A DNA stretch of 49,124 bases from sequence record PZ715802.1; one strand, 5' to 3'. The DNA comes from a phage. Below, piece by piece: positions 27,709-36,228 of this stretch. Under the pieces are notes generated by a model. The model worked only from the letters and a program-made list of their open reading frames with translations. It ran no database searches and was not told the DNA's origin. The stretch's first letter is position 1, and every line of letters begins with the position of its first letter. Made by a program: the position numbers and the translations under genes.

Positions 27709-30072
27709 TTACTTAGCAATCTGAACAAACATTGCTTGCATTTCCGCAATTGCGGCTTTCATTTCTGCGATCTCGTTTTTCAACTCTTTAATTTCCTCCT
27801 GTTGTTTCTCTATTTTTTCTTTCTGCTCTTTGAATGCGTTAACCAAAAGAGCTACAACGCCATTATAGTTAATGCCTTTGATTGCCTCGCCTTTTGGATC
27901 TAGCTGACCATCATTATTCAAAGAATGAACCGCTTCCGGCAAAACCCTTTCAACATCTTGTGCGATCAATCCAGCCTCAATACTATAAACGCTGTTTTCA
28001 TCTTCAATTAGATTGTTGCGCTTGTAGTAAGTATAACCAGTTAGATAATCAATTTTGTCGGATGCCGTTTCGATCTCTTTTAGATGTGCTTTCATCCTTA
28101 TGTCAGATGTGCTGATCCATTGGTTACAACTTGCATTTCCGGCGTGATTAAATATAAATTGCGCTCCCTTAACATAAAGATGTGTTTCAGCACCGCCACT
28201 CGACCAGTTAACGGCATCCATTCCAGTAATCCAAGAATCACCCCAATGAACAACCTTAAATACGTTAACGGCTGCGTCTTTTGCTGTAATCTCGCAAAGC
28301 ATTCCAGCACCACGATCACGCCAGGCATCAAAAGCGCCTTCCTGAATTTGACCGCCAATCATGGCATTTGCCCCACCAGACCTAATGCCAGCAACCCTAA
28401 TGCCGTTTGCATCGTCACTAATAGGCCATATACTCAATAACCCGTACATGTTAAAATCATTAGCTTGGCATGTTGCAATATTTCTACCGTTGCACATTAC
28501 TTGCAAAATGCCATCACCGCCCCACTTAAAACCTGTGTCAGTGTCACCAATTACTAACGCATTACTTCCAAGCGCATTACCAATACCCCTACCGATAACT
28601 ATTGAATTGTAATTTAGCGCGTTACCGCTTTCATCAAATTGATAATAGTTTGTATCACCTCCTTCCCTAGTGACTTGTATTGTTGATTTTGCTAATCCAC
28701 CTTGAATTTCGTTGTAAATTCTTGAGTATGAAAGCTGTACATTTTCTGGACTTTTGTTTATTAAATAAAGAATTCCAGAGTTTGCAGAGTTTTTTTCTGT
28801 TAGGCTTATCCCTCTAAAAACAGGAATGTCAGTTTCACCAATGCCAAAGTTATTCCTTGCTTGGCTTACGTTTGCTGCACCTGTGCCGCCCTGTAGAATT
28901 CCAAGAGGAATATACTGTTGCGATGCGATATTCCAGTAACCCCAACCATCGTTACCAACTGTAAGGTATTTGATCTTATCCGGCGACCGAATAAACGTTT
29001 CACCATCGCCCTGATCAAATCGGTCAATCTGGAAATTAATTCTTGCTTGCGTTACGTTTTCCGCACCAGTACCGCCAGCACCAACAGAAAGAGCGGATGT
29101 GCTGTTATCGCTATTTCTTGCAACTCGCCACTCGCCGTTGTTTGCGATCCGTAATTCATAAGTCCATGCAGGGTTACGAAATGAGTTATAATCACCTGGA
29201 TTTTGACCCTTAACTGAATTAACAGCCTCAACTTTCAGCGCCTCCCTTGCTAAATCTTTATTAGCAAGATCATTAAGATTCTGATCCTTATGCAGAAGGT
29301 TTTCAGGGTTAACTTGTTGTGCCCATTGGCGAGCTTCATCACGCGCAGTTTCAGCGCCTTGTTTAGCGTTTCCGGCTGCAACCTTTGATTGTTCAGCCAG
29401 ATCACGAGCTTCCACGGCTTCATCACGAGCGTTGAAAGCCTCCTGCTTAATGGCTTCCGTTTCTCTAACAGCAGCGTCTTTAATGCCTTGCGTTTGCGTC
29501 TTTATTGCGTCAGTGTCTGCCTTAATCTGATTGGTTTCATAAACAGCAGCATCCTTAATCCGTTGAGTTTCTGCAATCGCAGTATCTTTAATTTGCGTAG
29601 TCTCAGAAACAGCGGCATCCTTAATAGCTTGCGTGTCGTTTTTTAATTGCTCAGTTGCGGCGCGATCTGCATCCGTTTTTTGTGCGGAAGACTCAGCGCG
29701 AGCAACAAGATCCTGTAATGTTTTAAGGTCAAAGTTTTTGAAGAATTCAATTGCTTCCTCAATAACCGTTTCTTTACTTTGGTAATATCTCAGCGTTTCC
29801 GCAACATCTTGCGCCATTCCATCTACCGTTAAAGAGTCATTCAACAGGATCACATAATTTCCGTTTTCTACTGGCTCGCCGTCAGTCTGGATCGCTTTCA
29901 TTTCCGTGTCGCTTACAATATCGCTAATCACAGCCAATTTAAGAGGCGATGTGAGAAATACGATTGTTGCGCCAGTGCGGATAAGAGAAAGCGGCTCACG
30001 CCATTTTGTGCCAGTACCAGTGATAACGCCTTGTGCGTCCATTGCAGCCGTACCAGTGCGATATAAAGCCAT
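27709..30072 (-). CDS. side tail fibre with C-terminal intramolecular chaperone domain
   Basis: 787 aa; internal tandem IKDAAV.ET repeats; C-terminus DYLTGYTYY...IEAGLIAQDVERVLPEAV typical of self-cleaving chaperone domains. Confidence 0.8.
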   Translation of the reverse strand: MALYRTGTAAMDAQGVITGTGTKWREPLSLIRTGATIVFLTSPLKLAVISDIVSDTEMKAIQTDGEPVENGNYVILLNDSLTVDGMAQDVAETLRYYQSKETVIEEAIEFFKNFDLKTLQDLVARAESSAQKTDADRAATEQLKNDTQAIKDAAVSETTQIKDTAIAETQRIKDAAVYETNQIKADTDAIKTQTQGIKDAAVRETEAIKQEAFNARDEAVEARDLAEQSKVAAGNAKQGAETARDEARQWAQQVNPENLLHKDQNLNDLANKDLAREALKVEAVNSVKGQNPGDYNSFRNPAWTYELRIANNGEWRVARNSDNSTSALSVGAGGTGAENVTQARINFQIDRFDQGDGETFIRSPDKIKYLTVGNDGWGYWNIASQQYIPLGILQGGTGAANVSQARNNFGIGETDIPVFRGISLTEKNSANSGILYLINKSPENVQLSYSRIYNEIQGGLAKSTIQVTREGGDTNYYQFDESGNALNYNSIVIGRGIGNALGSNALVIGDTDTGFKWGGDGILQVMCNGRNIATCQANDFNMYGLLSIWPISDDANGIRVAGIRSGGANAMIGGQIQEGAFDAWRDRGAGMLCEITAKDAAVNVFKVVHWGDSWITGMDAVNWSSGGAETHLYVKGAQFIFNHAGNASCNQWISTSDIRMKAHLKEIETASDKIDYLTGYTYYKRNNLIEDENSVYSIEAGLIAQDVERVLPEAVHSLNNDGQLDPKGEAIKGINYNGVVALLVNAFKEQKEKIEKQQEEIKELKNEIAEMKAAIAEMQAMFVQIAK

Positions 30073-30109
30073 AATTTCACCTCATTTACTTGATTAAAAT
30101 AGTGTAGTG

Positions 30110-30138
30110 ATTATGCGATATTGCTATGTTACATGCAA
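30110..30138 (-). promoter_or_regulatory. sigma70-like promoter TTGCAT-N17-CATAAT for tail fibre gene
   Basis: read on minus strand; -35 at 30133-30138, -10 at 30110-30115. Confidence 0.4.
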
Positions 30139-30140
30139 TA

Positions 30141-30164
30141 AAAAACCCGCCGTAGCGGGTTTCG
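30141..30164 (-). terminator. intrinsic terminator after primase gene
   Basis: minus-strand stem acccgc/gcgggt then T-run. Confidence 0.5.
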
Positions 30165-30226
30165 TCAACAACAACGAGAAGTCAATGAAACAGATTCATC
30201 GAAAAGTGTTAGTAGCAGGATGAATA

Positions 30227-31153
30227 TTATAATAAGTCACTTGCCTTGTAAAGCCTCCGCTCTATTCCATTTTTGAATTTACCGTTAATTGGTAGCATTA
30301 CGTCTAATTCTCGATCATCAGCAGCAATCAAAGTGTCGCGATCATTAGCATGGCACACAACGCGCATTTTGCGATCTCCTTTGTATCTGTATGCAACAAT
30401 TTCAAGATTTGAAGGTGAAAAACACGCCCATACTTCTTGCCCCGTCGCCATGTGTATATGTTGCGCATCAATCCAATCAACGCAAAGGTAAATTGTTTTG
30501 TCAGTCTTGCCAGTTACTGCAACGCTTCCGCGCGTGTAATCTTTCGCGTAAAAACTGCTTTTACCTTCCTCATTGACGAAAAGAATATTGCACATGTCAT
30601 CATCCAATTCATCACTATGCACCAGGTGGCAAGGAATAGCGTGTATATGCTCGCAATATCCATTTTCATGAGTTTTTACGCCCACTTGATACGATTCGCC
30701 GTCTAATGGATAAAACGCCTCAAAAACGCTTAGATTTGTTATTTCCATGCGTTCAGTTTTATCCATAACCTCAACACATTTTTCATGAGGCGCTTGAGAT
30801 CCGAAGTTGTAACCGGAATCACGCTTTGCCGCTTTGTTAGCCTTGTTGACAACCTCAACCGGAACCAGGTTTAACCATTCGCCTAGCGTGTCGATTGCTT
30901 CACTGTAATTTTCACCACGTATGCGCATGAATAATCCGATCCCTGAATCATTCCCGCATTGGTTGCAAATGTTTCCGCCGTCGCCTTTCTCGTTGATTTT
31001 GTCAGTCCAACGAAAGCGATCTTTACCGCCGCAATAAGGGCAAGGCTGATGCTTTCCGTTAAAGGTTAATTGAGGAATATCACAAAGTTTCATCAATGCC
31101 GCTTGCCACATGCCGCGCATCTTTGGGATCACTTCTTCTTTTTGATAATGCAT
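30227..31153 (-). CDS. DNA primase (zinc-ribbon type)
   Basis: ORF track; GGAGG RBS; CPYCGGKDRFRW...CNQCG zinc-ribbon motif. Confidence 0.55.
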   Translation of the reverse strand: MHYQKEEVIPKMRGMWQAALMKLCDIPQLTFNGKHQPCPYCGGKDRFRWTDKINEKGDGGNICNQCGNDSGIGLFMRIRGENYSEAIDTLGEWLNLVPVEVVNKANKAAKRDSGYNFGSQAPHEKCVEVMDKTERMEITNLSVFEAFYPLDGESYQVGVKTHENGYCEHIHAIPCHLVHSDELDDDMCNILFVNEEGKSSFYAKDYTRGSVAVTGKTDKTIYLCVDWIDAQHIHMATGQEVWACFSPSNLEIVAYRYKGDRKMRVVCHANDRDTLIAADDRELDVMLPINGKFKNGIERRLYKASDLL

Positions 31154-31165
31154 TTCTCAACCTCC

Positions 31166-31203
31166 AAATAAAAAACCTGGCACGATGATAAACCATGCCA
31201 GGC
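31166..31203 (-). terminator. hairpin terminator between HTH gene and primase
   Basis: minus-strand stem cctggca/tgccagg followed by TTTTTT. Confidence 0.4.
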
Positions 31204-31211
31204 CGGAATTT

Positions 31212-31820
31212 TTAGCAATCAGTGCTATCGACGGAAATCACAACGCGTTTCTTCTGATTGGCTTCCTTTGCTTTGCGCCGTTCTTCTTTCGCCTTGTCGC
31301 GTTCAGCTTTGCGCCGCGCTTTCTCCTTCTCGCGTTCTTCTGGAGTCATAGACCGTAACGGATCGTAAGGCCGGACAAATCCCCTTGCTTCCGCTTCCTC
31401 TTTGGTTACAAATCGCATTAGCTTTCTGTTGCTGCAACGATTCTCTAATGGCTTGCCGTTATTATCAAATTTGATATCTGGACGGCAATATGAAGCGCGG
31501 AAGCCGTTAAAACCTTTGCGTCGGTAATCTTTCTGGATCAGTTCAGCGCCTTTAGTTGAAATCATGCCGCGCTCTTTCCATCCCCATACTGTTTTAAGGT
31601 TAACGCCAATTTCACGCGCCAGGGCAGCGCAACCGCCGTAAGCGTTGACAACTTCATCAAGCCGCGCTTTTAATCCGGCTCTTACTTCTTCCTTTAATAC
31701 AAGATAACCGCTAACAGGTGCGCGACGTTTACGATCTTTACCACGTCTTACGCCGTTGTTACCATTGATTGTGCGTTTGTCGATTTCGCCAGTTGATGCA
31801 GCAATTTTGATTTCGCTCAT
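31212..31820 (-). CDS. HTH DNA-binding protein (Cro/YdaS-like) with basic C-terminal tail
   Basis: ORF track; helix-turn-helix-like CAALAREIGVNLKTVWGWK; Lys/Arg/Glu-rich C-terminus; weak RBS. Confidence 0.55.
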   Translation of the reverse strand: MSEIKIAASTGEIDKRTINGNNGVRRGKDRKRRAPVSGYLVLKEEVRAGLKARLDEVVNAYGGCAALAREIGVNLKTVWGWKERGMISTKGAELIQKDYRRKGFNGFRASYCRPDIKFDNNGKPLENRCSNRKLMRFVTKEEAEARGFVRPYDPLRSMTPEEREKEKARRKAERDKAKEERRKAKEANQKKRVVISVDSTDC

Positions 31821-31831
31821 ATTTTTATATA

Positions 31832-31873
31832 TAGCACTTTTTGCTAAAAAACTTGATTAAGTTTGTGTATGAT
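31832..31873 (+). promoter_or_regulatory. composite box element: TAGCActtttTGCTA, 21 nt, TATGAT
   Basis: palindrome 31832-31846 upstream of helicase ATG 31909. Confidence 0.55.
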
Positions 31874-31897
31874 ATGCCGCAAATGGCATTTAGTCAA
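31869..31897 (-). promoter_or_regulatory. sigma70-like promoter TTGACT-N17-TATCAT for HTH gene, face-to-face with box element
   Basis: read on minus strand; its -10 (31869-31874) overlaps the + strand -10 (31868-31873). Confidence 0.45.
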
Positions 31898-31908
31898 AAG
31901 GATAAAAA

Positions 31909-33882
31909 ATGATTCCTAACATTGAAAAGCAGATTGCAGATCTGGGAGAGGAAAGGATTAAGGCAATCCAGAAGCGTTTCACGGTTGGTGAGATTGTCCC
32001 GTATGAATACCAATGCGTTGCTTACGCTGAAATTGCAAAGCGCTTGAGTAAGTATGTTGATCCGTTTTTCGTTAAAGCGGCGGTGTCGGCAGGTAAAACA
32101 ATCATCTTTGCTATGGTTGCGGCTCAGTGCAGGAAAATGGGATTGAAAGCGTTATTTCTGGCGCGTCAATCTGAAATTGTGGATCAGGATTCAAAAGAGA
32201 TTAGCGCCTTTGGTGTTCCGAATTCCGTTTATTGCGCTGGCCTGAATACCAAAAGCGCTTATTTCCCGATTGTTGTAGGATCGGAAGGTACTGTAATTGG
32301 CGGATTGAATAAGGCGTTAGGTGATTACGTCCCACAGGTTTTAGGTATAGATGAATGTCATCAAGTCAACTGGAATGATATTGTTGAAGCCGAGGAAAAC
32401 GGCGAAAGCATAGAGCAAATGATGACACCGAAAGGTGAACCAGTTGAAGGGAATCCGTTGCTGATTGGTTCAGGCCGCGCACAATACACCATTATCATTG
32501 CAGAAATGCGCCGCCGTTGCCTTGAGACTTACGGTCATCAGTTGCGCATATTTGGAATGACAGGATCGGAATATCGCGGAATTGAGCCGATACTTGTCGA
32601 AGATAAAAGAATTCCTGGGTTTTGGCGTGAGCAGATCACAAACATTGATACTGATTACCTGGTAAAATTTGGTTCAGTTGTTCCCACTTATTTTGGCAAT
32701 GTTGGTGATTTGGGTTACGACTTATCAGAATTTACGCCAGTACATGAATTTGGCGTTGCTGATTATGACCAGAAGCAATTAAAGGCAATGAGTGACAAGA
32801 TTCACAAATCAGGAACCATGACGCAGAAAATAATGCAGATGGTTCATGAGGTGATGAAAAACCGCTTGTGCGCTCTTGTTACTTGCGCTGACGAAAGGCA
32901 CTGTAAAGAGGCGGCGGCGGCGCTTCCTCCTGGCACGAAATATCACATTATCACCGGAAAAACTGGAGAGAAACAGAGGCGCTTATGGCTTGAGGATGCT
33001 TATGAAGGCAGGGTGAAATATATTTTTCAGGTTCAGGCGCTAACAACTGGCGTGAACGTGCCGCCGTGGGATACTTCTGTTATTTTGCGTAAGATCGGAA
33101 GTCTAACGCTATTAACTCAGCTTTTGGGGCGTGGTATGCGTCAATTAAAAACATACCATAAAGAAGTATTGGGGATGCACAAAACGGATCACCTTGTTTT
33201 GGATTTTTCAGGCACGATGTTTGAAATGGGTAATTTGTATTTCGATCCGATGTTAGAGCAAGCGCAATTCCAGTTACGTAAATCACAGGACAAAGATCCG
33301 AAATATTGCCCGATTTGCGGTACAGAAAACTCATTCTATGCTCGCCGTTGCATTAATGAGGATGAAAACGGAAATCGTTGTGAACATTTCTGGACGTTCC
33401 AGGAATGTGAGGATCAGATTGATGACCGCACAAAGAAAGTTATTGTAAAAGGTTGCGGCGCAAAAAATGACGTTGCGGCGCGTGTATGCCGTTGCTGTAA
33501 TGTTCAGTTACGCGATCCAAATGATAACTTATCCGGCAAGATGTACCGTAAAAACGATTGGTGCGACGTGTTAGATTTTAATGTGACGCTGACAAAAAAC
33601 CAGGCTGGCGTAATATTCTGCTACACGTTACGTGATAGTGGCGGCGTAGAATTCAGGGCATACGAAAAATATTTCCCTGAATCAGAACACAAGATATGTA
33701 AAACTCTTTGGACAAAGGCGGTTAGAACACACGTTATAGATCGCCAGGCCGCAAACTTTATGATCACTTGCAGAAATGCAATTAAGATCATGAGTTATGC
33801 TGGGCAAATATTGCCACCAAAACGTGTTACCCATCGCAAGAACACAAAGAAAGAAGATTTGATCGCACAGAAGGAGTTTTAA
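31909..33882 (+). CDS. superfamily 2 DNA helicase with C-terminal Cys-rich region
   Basis: ORF track; Walker A SAGKT; DECH box; CPICG...C...C and CRCC clusters. Confidence 0.8.
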   Translation: MIPNIEKQIADLGEERIKAIQKRFTVGEIVPYEYQCVAYAEIAKRLSKYVDPFFVKAAVSAGKTIIFAMVAAQCRKMGLKALFLARQSEIVDQDSKEISAFGVPNSVYCAGLNTKSAYFPIVVGSEGTVIGGLNKALGDYVPQVLGIDECHQVNWNDIVEAEENGESIEQMMTPKGEPVEGNPLLIGSGRAQYTIIIAEMRRRCLETYGHQLRIFGMTGSEYRGIEPILVEDKRIPGFWREQITNIDTDYLVKFGSVVPTYFGNVGDLGYDLSEFTPVHEFGVADYDQKQLKAMSDKIHKSGTMTQKIMQMVHEVMKNRLCALVTCADERHCKEAAAALPPGTKYHIITGKTGEKQRRLWLEDAYEGRVKYIFQVQALTTGVNVPPWDTSVILRKIGSLTLLTQLLGRGMRQLKTYHKEVLGMHKTDHLVLDFSGTMFEMGNLYFDPMLEQAQFQLRKSQDKDPKYCPICGTENSFYARRCINEDENGNRCEHFWTFQECEDQIDDRTKKVIVKGCGAKNDVAARVCRCCNVQLRDPNDNLSGKMYRKNDWCDVLDFNVTLTKNQAGVIFCYTLRDSGGVEFRAYEKYFPESEHKICKTLWTKAVRTHVIDRQAANFMITCRNAIKIMSYAGQILPPKRVTHRKNTKKEDLIAQKEF

Positions 33883-33884
33883 AG

Positions 33885-34292
33885 ATGGTTACTGACAAAG
33901 GCGATTATCTGGAGTATTACAACAAATCAGATCCAGACGATAGGAAGGAGGAAGCGCACCAGGTTGATTCTTATTCATGGCTAACATATGAGTTTCCAAT
34001 GTGGCTTGTTTGGCACACTAAAAACGAGGGGAAGAAAACCATAGGCACAGCCGTAAAGGATCAGCAAGCGGGTGTGAAGAAGGGAGTTAGCGACATTCTA
34101 ATCCTGACTGGTTTTATTGGCTGCAAGTATTCATTTATAGCCATTGAGCTTAAACGCGCCAACAAGAAAGGCACGAAGGTAAGCGACGAACAAAAGGAAT
34201 TCTTGCGACGTGTCAGAGAGTGCGGAGGGTTTGCCGCCGTATGCTATGGAGTAGAGCAAGTAAAATTGGCTATCGCAGACGCTACAAAATAG
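33885..34292 (+). CDS. VRR-NUC domain nuclease
   Basis: ORF track; AAGGAG RBS; D..ELK and EQKEFLRRVRECGG motifs; stop codon is TAG of box. Confidence 0.55.
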   Translation: MVTDKGDYLEYYNKSDPDDRKEEAHQVDSYSWLTYEFPMWLVWHTKNEGKKTIGTAVKDQQAGVKKGVSDILILTGFIGCKYSFIAIELKRANKKGTKVSDEQKEFLRRVRECGGFAAVCYGVEQVKLAIADATK

Positions 34293-34332
34293 CACTTTTT
34301 GTTAAAACAGGCGCAACGGAATGCGCCATAAT
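34290..34332 (+). promoter_or_regulatory. composite box element: TAGCActtttTGTTA, 22 nt, CATAAT
   Basis: palindrome 34290-34304; hairpin ggcgca/tgcgcc in spacer. Confidence 0.6.
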
Positions 34333-34363
34333 GCACCCATCAGAACGAAACGGAGAAATCAAA

Positions 34364-34690
34364 ATGAAAAAGCTTTTAGCAGCAATCTTATTATCAGCAA
34401 GCTTTTCAGTAAATGCAGACTCTTGCAACAATATCATTCTTTATGCAATGAATAACGCAAAAGATAATTGGGGTTCAGAAGCAAGATTAGTTTCTCAACC
34501 TATGCATGTATCAATTTACAAGGATACATGCAAGACAGCAATAACAGCAAAAGGTGTTATAAGCAAAGATGACTTTTACGAAGGAATAAAAAACGGATCA
34601 AGCGCGGTGCTTGAAAAGCATGGTTATATTGATGCGGCAGATGTAAATTCTTTGGTAGCAAAAATTTCATACGATTTCGCAACAGAATAA
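34364..34690 (+). CDS. secreted small protein with signal peptide
   Basis: internal ATG of track ORF 34220-34690 with GGAGAAA RBS; N-terminus MKKLLAAILLSASFSVNA then DSC. Confidence 0.5.
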   Translation: MKKLLAAILLSASFSVNADSCNNIILYAMNNAKDNWGSEARLVSQPMHVSIYKDTCKTAITAKGVISKDDFYEGIKNGSSAVLEKHGYIDAADVNSLVAKISYDFATE

Positions 34691-34704
34691 GAGGCAAGAT
34701 AAAA

Positions 34705-35445
34705 ATGGCTAAAGATATTCAGGACGTAGCAACTATTGACACTTTCGAGCCGGAAATGGATTTTCATGAATTGCAATACGGAAAATATTCAGATATTGCA
34801 TTGCGCTCAGGTGGTCATTATCAGCCAGTTAGAGAAAACCCATTATTTAAGGTTAGCGGCAACCGTTATGCAGGAAGTAAAACGCCGGACGTTGTTCGCG
34901 ATTTGTGGGAAACGCCAGATGAAATTGTTGATTATCTTGCTGAACGTTACGGCAAATATGATCTTGATGCAGCCGCAACGGAAGATAATAAAAAATGCGA
35001 TAAGTTTTACAGCAAAGAAACAAACTGCTTAAAGCGCTGGTGGGGTAGCAATAAGCACGTTTGGTTAAATCCACCATACAGCAATCCAGATCCATTTATC
35101 AAAAAAGCAATTGAGCAGATGGAACACGGAAACCAGATTGATATTTTACTTCCGGCTGATAATTCAACTGCATGGTTTAGTGACGCACAAAAACACGCGG
35201 CAGAAATTATCTGGATTACTGGTGAAACCTGGAAGGATGAAGAAGGTCGCGAATATTCCAGAACTGGTCGAGTAGCGTTTATTTCTGGCATGACAGGTGA
35301 ACAAGTACAGGGCAACAATAAAGGCAGCGTGATTTTTATCATGCGCCAACTTAAAGAAGGTGAGCAACAGCAAACTCACTATGTGAAGATTAGCGACATT
35401 TGCCCTTCCGTAAAAAATAAACGAGCCAAAGCGCGGAGCATTTAA
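34705..35445 (+). CDS. dam: DNA N6-adenine methyltransferase (phage Dam type)
   Basis: ORF track; AGAGG RBS; catalytic NPPY motif in WLNPPYSNP. Confidence 0.8.
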   Translation: MAKDIQDVATIDTFEPEMDFHELQYGKYSDIALRSGGHYQPVRENPLFKVSGNRYAGSKTPDVVRDLWETPDEIVDYLAERYGKYDLDAAATEDNKKCDKFYSKETNCLKRWWGSNKHVWLNPPYSNPDPFIKKAIEQMEHGNQIDILLPADNSTAWFSDAQKHAAEIIWITGETWKDEEGREYSRTGRVAFISGMTGEQVQGNNKGSVIFIMRQLKEGEQQQTHYVKISDICPSVKNKRAKARSI

Positions 35446-35446
35446 A

Positions 35447-35677
35447 ATGAGCATTCGATTAGCCGATCACATGAAATGGGATTTATTTGTTGGTATGACA
35501 ATTCGCTTACTTGATAAGCATGGTTATAACGCTGATAAAATGGAGTTGATAAACTGCCTGGATATGACATTTGACGAAATAAAAGTTGCGCCTTTGTACA
35601 TGTGGGAAAGAAAAATTGAGCACGACCTGATACAATACAAACGCAGAGAGGGCGCACGATTTTTCAATGTGAAATAG
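35447..35677 (+). CDS. hypothetical protein
   Basis: ORF track; stop codon is TAG of box. Confidence 0.45.
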   Translation: MSIRLADHMKWDLFVGMTIRLLDKHGYNADKMELINCLDMTFDEIKVAPLYMWERKIEHDLIQYKRREGARFFNVK

Positions 35678-35717
35678 CACTTTTTGTTAAAACCCGCTTC
35701 GGCGGGTTTTGTATTAT
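35675..35717 (+). promoter_or_regulatory. composite box element: TAGCActtttTGTTA, 22 nt, TATTAT
   Basis: palindrome 35675-35689; spacer hairpin cccgc/gcggg followed by TTTT also looks terminator-like. Confidence 0.55.
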
Positions 35718-35747
35718 GTGCTTAACGGAGAACAAGAGGATTCAAAA

Positions 35748-35912
35748 ATGAAAATTGTAAACGTTGAATACTTAAAAGATGCGCAATGGCTGGCTAAAGA
35801 ATCATTGTTTATGCTTGATCGCAAACATCCAAAAGTAATTGCACAAATACTTTGGAATGACGCAATGGAGTTACTTAAAAAGGCTTACGGTTATGAAAGT
35901 GACAAAAGGTAA
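35748..35912 (+). CDS. hypothetical small protein
   Basis: internal ATG of track ORF 35709-35912 downstream of box and AGAGGA-like RBS. Confidence 0.4.
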   Translation: MKIVNVEYLKDAQWLAKESLFMLDRKHPKVIAQILWNDAMELLKKAYGYESDKR

Positions 35913-36135
35913 AAAGGAAACTTGGGAGTTAGCGAAAAAAGGCGGTCTTGATGAAGGGATCGCCAAAATAGCGCAATATTTCGATATCAAAGACGTGTGC
36001 GTTATTGTCGGTGATGAAATGGCATATGTGGATGAAAAGCCGCACAAGGTTCATCGCGTTCCGGCAATTCCGACAACAATCGACTATAAAGAAGTGATCA
36101 ACAAAACAAAAGAGCAAAGGAAATATTACAAGTGA
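35893..36135 (+). CDS. hypothetical protein (start uncertain)
   Basis: track ORF 35839-36135; chosen ATG overlaps previous gene by 20 nt; weak RBS. Confidence 0.3.
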   Translation: MKVTKGKKETWELAKKGGLDEGIAKIAQYFDIKDVCVIVGDEMAYVDEKPHKVHRVPAIPTTIDYKEVINKTKEQRKYYK

Positions 36136-36228
36136 AAACAATTAAATTCATGTTTGCTGTTATCTTGCCGCCAATGCTGGCATGGTTTATGATGTACGCC
36201 GTTGTTATGAAATAAGAGGATTTGTGAA

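Noticed and set aside
28084-28612. Plus-strand ORFs 28084-28440 and 28361-28612 opposite the tail fibre gene
   Set aside because: Antisense to the minus-strand tail fibre ORF, which has a proper RBS and recognisable C-terminal domain.
34220-34363. Upstream extension of the secreted-protein ORF (track start 34220)
   Set aside because: The extension overlaps the VRR-NUC gene end and the box element; the ATG at 34364 has an RBS and begins a canonical signal peptide.
34736-35032. 98-aa alternative-frame ORF inside the Dam gene, with minus-strand ORFs 34853-35095 and 35007-35342
   Set aside because: Overlap a gene with a clear NPPY catalytic motif; no independent start signals.
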